Origin: an uncultured virus (IMG/VR IMGVR_UViG_3300042937_000239)
Lineage: Duplodnaviria; Heunggongvirae; Uroviricota; Caudoviricetes
Strand: one strand, 5' to 3'
IMG/VR virus record: IMGVR_UViG_3300042937_000239
Length of the DNA stretch: 22,557 nt
Shown here: positions 17,170 through 22,557 of the stretch, piece after piece
Layout: every line of letters starts with the position of its first letter
Numbering within the stretch: position 1 is the first letter of the stretch
The notes under the pieces: generated by a model
Seen by the model: only the letters and a program-made list of their open reading frames with translations
Databases searched by the model: none
Told to the model about the DNA's origin: nothing
Made by a program: the position numbers and the translations under genes

Positions 17170-20100
17170 TGTAAATGTAGACTTAGGCAGAACTACAACA
17201 GCAACAACAAGCTTAAATGAACCTGTAGTTAGAGATTTATTATTAGCAGACCCTTATCCTGCTCCTGTAAATTTATATCCAGACCTTTCACCTGAAAACA
17301 ATACGCCACCAGTTTTATCTGTTAATACTATTACCCAAAATAGTTGTATCTTTACGTGGACAGGTGGTGAAACTTATGGTACATATCAGCTACGAGGTAG
17401 ATGGAAAGATAAAGATGGCTATTGGGTAAATATTGCAGCTGGGAATACTTTAACAAAAGGGGCTGTATTTAATTTCGGTTATTCGGGTGATCTTCGTAAT
17501 ACAATGTACGGATATTATGAAGTGTTTATTGTAATTAGATTTAATGGAATTGATTATCTGCCTTCTAACACAGTTAATGTACAGCTCTTAGATTGGTCGT
17601 TTGAGGATGGCTTTTATCCAGCTACGCCATATGGTGTAGGCAGCACCGCAGATGCAAACTACCCAAATCATAGTGTAACTTATCGATATGATATAAGATG
17701 GTTTAGACTTGCTCTTAGGCTAAAAGGAGTTGCTGATTCTGAATTAGGAGGTAGTGCACCGGCCACATATACTAACTTCAGCATGTCAATACATAGAAAT
17801 GTAACAATCTATGATAGTAACAATTATAATGGTAATGTAGTAATGACTGTGCTTGCCGGTAATAATAATTATCTATGGGAAGCACCTAAGTTAATTATAG
17901 GCATTGATGTAGGTAGTGATCATGACTTTACATTTGTATATTCAGGCATAGCTAATGTAGATCCTTCTGACTACGTATTAGGTCATTACGAAACAGATAC
18001 AACTTATCAGCCTGGTGATGTTGTTTGTATGTATAGTAATTTAGTAATGTGTATTAAAACATGCACTAATATTGAACCTTTTAATCATGCAAGCTGGTCT
18101 TATTATTGGGACTATCCCCCTACAAATCCTGGAAGAGCTATTGCCTTTTGGAATACTCACTATGCTAGAAATAGTACTTTCATAAATAATGGTACTATTC
18201 TAGGCGGTGGTGGCGGTGGAGGACGGGGCGGTGAGACAACTATTACAGAATTATACTATAACCCTTCAGCTTTTATAAACCAAAAGTATTTAAAGGGAGA
18301 TGCCGTAACGCACTCAGGTAATATATTTGTTTGTGTTACAGACACAGTGTCTGCTTACTTTAATGGTACTTTCACATGGTCAACACCCGTTAGGAGTTCT
18401 CACACAACATACTGGCGTTTCTATGCCCTTAGCACCGAAAAGTTTTCAACAGGCTCAGATGGCCTTCAAGGTGGACCTGCTCTATACCAAGGTAGCGGAA
18501 TATCAGGTGGCGTAAAGCTTATGAATAACGGTACAATCTTTGGTGGTGGTAATGGTGGTGGTGGAGGTGGTGGCGGTACAGTTCCTATGTCTTACGCAGT
18601 TGTTTATGGGTTTAATGGTGAAGGTACATTTAGTAGTACGCCTGTAAGTCCTGCAGGTGGCGACGGTGGTCATGGTTCTTTCTATAACAGAGCTGAAGTA
18701 AACCCTTCTGTTGATTTCAAATACAAAGGTGGTATGGGTGGTAAAGGCTCCATAAATGGATTGACAGCAGGTGAGAATGCTACTGGTGCAAATCATGATT
18801 ACAGCGGAGACGGTCTGGGTGGTGGTTATATTGCAAACAATTGGACAGAAGGTAGCTTCAATGTACTGCCTGGCGGTAAGCCGCTACCCCCTGTTTTAAG
18901 CATAGCAGCTGTTAGTCAAAATTCTATTACATTAGGAATAGCTAAGCAAGATCCTATTGGAGGCAATACACCGACAGGTTATTATATTTATGATAGTGCT
19001 AATGTGCAGCAAGGAAGTACTACAAACGATACATTTACAATAGCAGGGTTGACATCAGATACGTCTTATAGTTATTACGTTACAGCGTATAATACTCTTG
19101 TATCAGCGAGCTCTAGCACTATAATTGGGAAGACAGCTTTAATATTGCCTACATTTACCTTTGGTGTTGATAATAAGACTTACAACTCATTTACAGTTAT
19201 TATTAGCAAGGTTACCTCTGCCATTTATTATGAAATTTATTTTAATGACGTATTAAGGACTACAATAAATGATTCTGGGAACAGTACTGCTGTGTATGCA
19301 ACTGGCCCTACAATGGGGATCTCTTCAACAACTTATGTAAAAGTTAAGGCTTATAGTGGTACTAATTCTTCAGTGCTAACTCCTGCACAAGCGTGGACAA
19401 CCACTTATGCTGCCGTTCCCGCAGTGCCTACTTCATTTACATATGCAGAAACTACTAATACTACTGCATTGTTATCATGGTCTGGCAGTGGCGTCTCGTA
19501 CAAGATAGCTATTAAAAATCAGTCTAATAATGCTGTTACAAATTATACATCTAATATAATGAATATTACAGCTACTAGTCTGGATTATGGCACTCTTTAT
19601 GAAATAAGTATTGTTGCTGTTAATGAGATAGGTGACTCTATGGCGTATGTCATACCAAATGTAATGCTAGTTGATGTATATTTACCAACATTATCTTTAT
19701 CATCAGTTACTTCAAAAACCTTTACTGTATCTTTTGGCGGGCCTCTATCAGGACACACCCATACACTTAGACTACAGTCAATGGACTATTATGGCAACTG
19801 GGAAACAGAGATTATAGGTACATACAGTAGTGGCAGTGCTTTCACCCCTCCTAATAGATCTCGTGGAAAGTATAGGCTAAGGATACAAGTTGCTAATTCT
19901 GGTGGAAAGGTCATGGCAACGCCTTATTTGGATGTACAACTTTCAGACTGGGTTATTAGTTCATCTAATAGTACCAATACACCTCAGAATTTTTCTTATG
20001 GTTGGTACTTTAATGATGCATGGATACGAAATAATACTACTGCATTACCCGCCTCAAACGCAGAATCTACTTGCTTGCGTAGTGTAACTATAAATAGTTC

Positions 20101-20785
20101 TGGAAACTATACAACTACAGTTAGTAGCGGTACAGCCAAGCCTTTAAAAATAGATATTTATGACTCTATTGAGAGCAACACAACACTAATTTTTAATAAT
20201 AGCGGTACTATTCAAGGCGAAACTCTTTCAACATCAAGAGTATTTAATCAACCTGAAAATGCTATTGACATTTACTGCGCATGTAAGTTAATACTGAATA
20301 ACAACGGTATAATACGAGGCAGAGGCGGTAGTGGCGGCAGAGGTGGTTCTTCTATTTACAGAGGTGACAGTAGTGGCGAAAATGGCGGCCCAGGTGGTGA
20401 TGCTATTTTTACTTTTACTAACTTTATTCTATATAATTATGGCACATTAGCTTGCGGTGGTGGTGGTGGCGGAGGGGGCGGTGGTAATGGTTCAGGTAGT
20501 TCAGTCTGGGGCGGTAGCTCTTACGCTAGGAGTACAACCTATCCAACAGCATCAAGCAGTGATACAGGTACTAGCGGAACTTCAGGTAAAGCTGGCGGTG
20601 GTGCAGGAGGTTCTGGCGGTGATGGCGCAAACGGCGCTGCAGGTACAGGTGTATATGGTACCTACTCATCTGCCGGAGATTATAGAAGCATATATTCACC
20701 TGGTGGTAGTGGTGGTGCTAAAGGTGCTGCAATTACCGGCGGTGGTAGTGTAACTCTTTATAACTATGGGACATATAAACCATGA
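17150..20785 (+). CDS. Large receptor-binding adhesin: FN3 domains, two glycine-rich gp38-like modules and CBM-like inserts
   Basis: Overlaps the fibre gene by 20 bp. N-terminus SISDVNVDLG...SLNEPVVRDL resembles fibre-attachment segments. FN3 motifs include GLTSDTSYSYYVTAYN and LDYGTLYEISIVAVNEIGDS. Gly-rich motifs INNGTILGGGGGGGRGG, NNGTIFGGGNGGGGGGG, NNNGIIRGRGGSGGRGG and NYGTLACGGGGGGGGGG. Confidence 0.75.
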   Translation: MPYSISDVNVDLGRTTTATTSLNEPVVRDLLLADPYPAPVNLYPDLSPENNTPPVLSVNTITQNSCIFTWTGGETYGTYQLRGRWKDKDGYWVNIAAGNTLTKGAVFNFGYSGDLRNTMYGYYEVFIVIRFNGIDYLPSNTVNVQLLDWSFEDGFYPATPYGVGSTADANYPNHSVTYRYDIRWFRLALRLKGVADSELGGSAPATYTNFSMSIHRNVTIYDSNNYNGNVVMTVLAGNNNYLWEAPKLIIGIDVGSDHDFTFVYSGIANVDPSDYVLGHYETDTTYQPGDVVCMYSNLVMCIKTCTNIEPFNHASWSYYWDYPPTNPGRAIAFWNTHYARNSTFINNGTILGGGGGGGRGGETTITELYYNPSAFINQKYLKGDAVTHSGNIFVCVTDTVSAYFNGTFTWSTPVRSSHTTYWRFYALSTEKFSTGSDGLQGGPALYQGSGISGGVKLMNNGTIFGGGNGGGGGGGGTVPMSYAVVYGFNGEGTFSSTPVSPAGGDGGHGSFYNRAEVNPSVDFKYKGGMGGKGSINGLTAGENATGANHDYSGDGLGGGYIANNWTEGSFNVLPGGKPLPPVLSIAAVSQNSITLGIAKQDPIGGNTPTGYYIYDSANVQQGSTTNDTFTIAGLTSDTSYSYYVTAYNTLVSASSSTIIGKTALILPTFTFGVDNKTYNSFTVIISKVTSAIYYEIYFNDVLRTTINDSGNSTAVYATGPTMGISSTTYVKVKAYSGTNSSVLTPAQAWTTTYAAVPAVPTSFTYAETTNTTALLSWSGSGVSYKIAIKNQSNNAVTNYTSNIMNITATSLDYGTLYEISIVAVNEIGDSMAYVIPNVMLVDVYLPTLSLSSVTSKTFTVSFGGPLSGHTHTLRLQSMDYYGNWETEIIGTYSSGSAFTPPNRSRGKYRLRIQVANSGGKVMATPYLDVQLSDWVISSSNSTNTPQNFSYGWYFNDAWIRNNTTALPASNAESTCLRSVTINSSGNYTTTVSSGTAKPLKIDIYDSIESNTTLIFNNSGTIQGETLSTSRVFNQPENAIDIYCACKLILNNNGIIRGRGGSGGRGGSSIYRGDSSGENGGPGGDAIFTFTNFILYNYGTLACGGGGGGGGGGNGSGSSVWGGSSYARSTTYPTASSSDTGTSGTSGKAGGGAGGSGGDGANGAAGTGVYGTYSSAGDYRSIYSPGGSGGAKGAAITGGGSVTLYNYGTYKP

Positions 20786-21249
20786 TAGTACGGAAGATAA
20801 AAAGCCAAGAAGAAATGGCCAAGTGCGTAGATATGTATATTGACATCTACGAAAATGAAATTATCCCATTAGACCGTGACAAATCATTATTATCAATGAG
20901 ACGTCATGTTGCTGCAGGACAATTCTTTAAAGTAATTGAAGACAATGGAGAAGTAATAGCATGGATTGCTGGAGCAGTTTTAGAAAGAGAATTTATTGCA
21001 GAGAAATACATGCAACAGATTTATTATTGTTCTAACCAAAAGGGTATGAAAGCTTATCGTTGTGTAGTATTGCTTCATAAGGCATTAATTGAAGAGTCTA
21101 AGAAATTAAATATTAGACACGTATTGTCAACAGGCAGTCATGCAGACACTGAGAATGTATTCGTAAAAATTCTCGGTAAGAATGGTTGGAGCGTTAGAAA
21201 TTATTTAGCAATATGGAGAAACGATGAAATACATATGGGCACGGCTTAA
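20782..21249 (+). CDS. GNAT-fold (acetyltransferase-like) protein
   Basis: 155 aa, ATGA overlap. The pattern MIVR..., FKVIEDNGEVIAWIAG, LLHKALIEESKKLNIRHV and ILGKNGW follows the GNAT strand/helix order. The acetyl-CoA-binding motif is degenerate. Confidence 0.6.
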   Translation: MIVRKIKSQEEMAKCVDMYIDIYENEIIPLDRDKSLLSMRRHVAAGQFFKVIEDNGEVIAWIAGAVLEREFIAEKYMQQIYYCSNQKGMKAYRCVVLLHKALIEESKKLNIRHVLSTGSHADTENVFVKILGKNGWSVRNYLAIWRNDEIHMGTA

Positions 21250-21406
21250 AGAGCCTTCAACATGGTTTGGACTGATTTCAGCTACATTGGCTGTATTAAG
21301 TTCATTCAAATTTGTTACACTAACAGCAGAAGAAATGGATAGTCTGCTTGCGTTGTCAGTTGCTCTTTTGGGCAGTGGTAGCGTAGTATCCAAAGATCCA
21401 CAATAG
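21224..21406 (+). CDS. Small membrane protein, putative holin
   Basis: 60 aa, Shine-Dalgarno GGAG in ggagaaacgATG. It has an RLKEPSTWxGL motif, which I recall from small phage holin-like proteins, and two hydrophobic segments. It is the last gene before the terminator. Confidence 0.6.
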   Translation: MKYIWARLKEPSTWFGLISATLAVLSSFKFVTLTAEEMDSLLALSVALLGSGSVVSKDPQ

Positions 21407-21412
21407 CGGTAC

Positions 21413-21440
21413 GCCTCGACACAACTGTCGGGGCTTTTTT
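21413..21440 (+). terminator. Rho-independent terminator closing the late tail operon
   Basis: Stem GCCTCGACA / TGTCGGGGC (9 bp, one G-U pair), loop CAAC, followed by TTTTTT, starting 6 nt after the holin stop codon. Confidence 0.9.
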
Positions 21441-21450
21441 ACGAGAGTCA

Positions 21451-21630
21451 TGGGGGCAATTTTGCGGGGCAAGACGGGGCATTTCTGCACGAATTTTGGT
21501 GGGCGGCAAATCTGGGCGTGTGTGGCGCGGGGCGGTGGGGGCATCACTGGTGGATCAGGGCGGCAGTTGCGTGCCGTGTAGGGCGGTTTCTGGTGCCAGA
21601 ACTGGTACACGTGGGGCAGTTGCGTGCAGT
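21451..21630. other. G-rich non-coding island with repeated GGGC/GGCA motifs
   Basis: Hand count 114/180 GC (80 G, 34 C) in an AT-rich background. It contains the direct repeat GGCAGTTGCGTGC (21562, 21615) and the inverted repeat TTCTGG-TG-CCAGAA (21588-21601). Confidence 0.8.
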
Positions 21631-21657
21631 TCTTCAGGTACACTCAACCCCGTTAAA

Positions 21658-21686
21658 TTAACCCTTGCGGCCTCCCCCTGTATTAT
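21658..21686 (+). promoter_or_regulatory. Candidate sigma70 promoter for the AcrVA2-like gene
   Basis: TTAACC (4/6 match to -35) - 17 bp - TATTAT (5/6 match to -10), followed by an AT-rich leader and AGGAG at 21746-21750. Confidence 0.4.
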
Positions 21687-21756
21687 CTCTCTTAGTAATA
21701 CGGAAATAATAGTATCTTATATGAAGTACAATAATAACTTTATATAGGAGAATACT

Positions 21757-22557
21757 ATGGAAAACGAAAACATAAGAATAGCACATCAATTTACGCTAAA
21801 TAGACGCGATGCTACAAAACGATATGGTATTGCGCCATACCCGCAGTTTGATGCTTCTGAGAAGTACAGAAGTAAAGGTATGCAAGAAACCTTAGAAATG
21901 TTATGGGGTGTATACAAAGATGCAAATCAACTCGAAATTATCGCAAGAGTGTATACAATAGAATCTTTATGGTACTTAACTAAAAGAATTTTTGTAATTG
22001 ATCCAACAGTGGCAACAGAATTACTTAACTCTAAAGTATCTAAGAAAATAGATATGTCACAAGTAAGACTTCCTGACTGGGGCATTGCTGTAAGCGCAGG
22101 TAACCTGCGATTTAAAGCCGCCAAATTTCGATTACATTGTGATGGGTATTGTAAAGATCGATTAGTCTTCTGGGTACATGAGTCAGAAACTCAGCTTAAT
22201 AGATTGTTTATGTATCCTGCAGATGAGGTTGTCGATCTAAGCGAATTTGAAGATGCCCAAGGGGATCAAATCCTGTCGGTGATATTGTATATAAGTGCAG
22301 TCAAGGATACAATACCAAAGGCTTCACGTTCAAATAATCATGCCAAGCAGCCTAAAAAGATAAAACATTTTGATATGCCTGAACACTCAACCTCAGTAGT
22401 ACTTGGTGCAAAGTTAGGGGAAAGGTTACGAGCTGGATATACTGGTACTAAACTCTCAAATGGAATGAAAGCTCATATTCGTAGGGCACATTGGCACAAC
22501 TACTGGACAGGCCCTAAAGACAACAGAAGGTTAATATGTAAGTGGACAAACTCCACG
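21757..22557 (+). CDS. AcrVA2/FinQ-family protein (anti-CRISPR-like), 3'-truncated; missing from the ORF track
   Basis: Strong Shine-Dalgarno (taggag-aatact-ATG) and 267 open codons to the window end. Hand translation: MENENIRIAH...ARVYTIESLWYLTKRIFVIDP...VRLPDWGIAV...ILYISA...FDMPEHSTSVVLGAKLGERLR...MKAHIRRAHWHNYWTGPKDNRRLICKW. These motifs are colinear with those I recall for AcrVA2 (WRNTLGIYQLD, NLPDWCVYV, IGERLGSEVR, PHIRRGHWHGYWQG). Confidence 0.8.
   Translation, partial: MENENIRIAHQFTLNRRDATKRYGIAPYPQFDASEKYRSKGMQETLEMLWGVYKDANQLEIIARVYTIESLWYLTKRIFVIDPTVATELLNSKVSKKIDMSQVRLPDWGIAVSAGNLRFKAAKFRLHCDGYCKDRLVFWVHESETQLNRLFMYPADEVVDLSEFEDAQGDQILSVILYISAVKDTIPKASRSNNHAKQPKKIKHFDMPEHSTSVVLGAKLGERLRAGYTGTKLSNGMKAHIRRAHWHNYWTGPKDNRRLICKWTNST

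Noticed and set aside
751..20753. Many short antisense and off-frame ORFs in the track (e.g. 751-1443 -, 7024-7395 -, 15537-15923 -, 20457-20753 +)
   Set aside because: They lie inside long, motif-supported + strand genes, show no recognisable motifs, and reflect Gly/Ala/Thr codon bias.
18200..20760. GGT/GGC triplet runs as microsatellites or G4 elements
   Set aside because: Fully explained by polyglycine coding.
21441..21650. tRNA, structured ncRNA, CRISPR mini-array, Chi or KOPS sites in the intergenic island
   Set aside because: The strong G excess limits base pairing; there is no cloverleaf and no regularly spaced repeats; there is no exact GCTGGTGG or GGGNAGGG here.
21205..21747. ORFs 21205-21393 -, 21315-21509 -, 21356-21643 - and 21496-21747 +
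   Set aside because: They are antisense to the holin or cross the terminator or G-rich island, lack convincing starts, and give low-complexity products.
21927..22124. 65-aa minus-strand ORF
   Set aside because: Antisense shadow of the AcrVA2-like gene.
1..22557. Alternative genetic code or programmed frameshift fusions
   Set aside because: Genes are long and dense under the standard code, all three stop codons end genes, and the junctions are ordinary coupled overlaps.

Overview
This window is the distal late (tail) operon of an AT-rich, long-tailed siphovirus-type phage, with all genes on the + strand and mostly coupled by overlapping stop/start codons. Gene order: tape measure protein (5'-truncated), distal-tail (Dit)-like protein, gpL-like tail tip protein, a 3098-aa gpJ-like central tail/host-specificity protein with two internal repeat arrays, a 1268-aa collagen-repeat tail fibre with a C-terminal S74 intramolecular chaperone, a 1211-aa FN3/glycine-rich gp38-like adhesin, a GNAT-fold protein, a small putative holin, and an intrinsic terminator. 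A G-rich non-coding island follows, then a candidate promoter and an ORF absent from the supplied track (21757 to window end) whose motifs match the AcrVA2/FinQ anti-CRISPR family. The main unexplained signal is three ~160-180 bp islands of about 61-63% GC, each carrying 9-10 GGCA/TGCC motifs: two inside tail genes and one intergenic. All family assignments come from motif recognition by eye; no searches were run.
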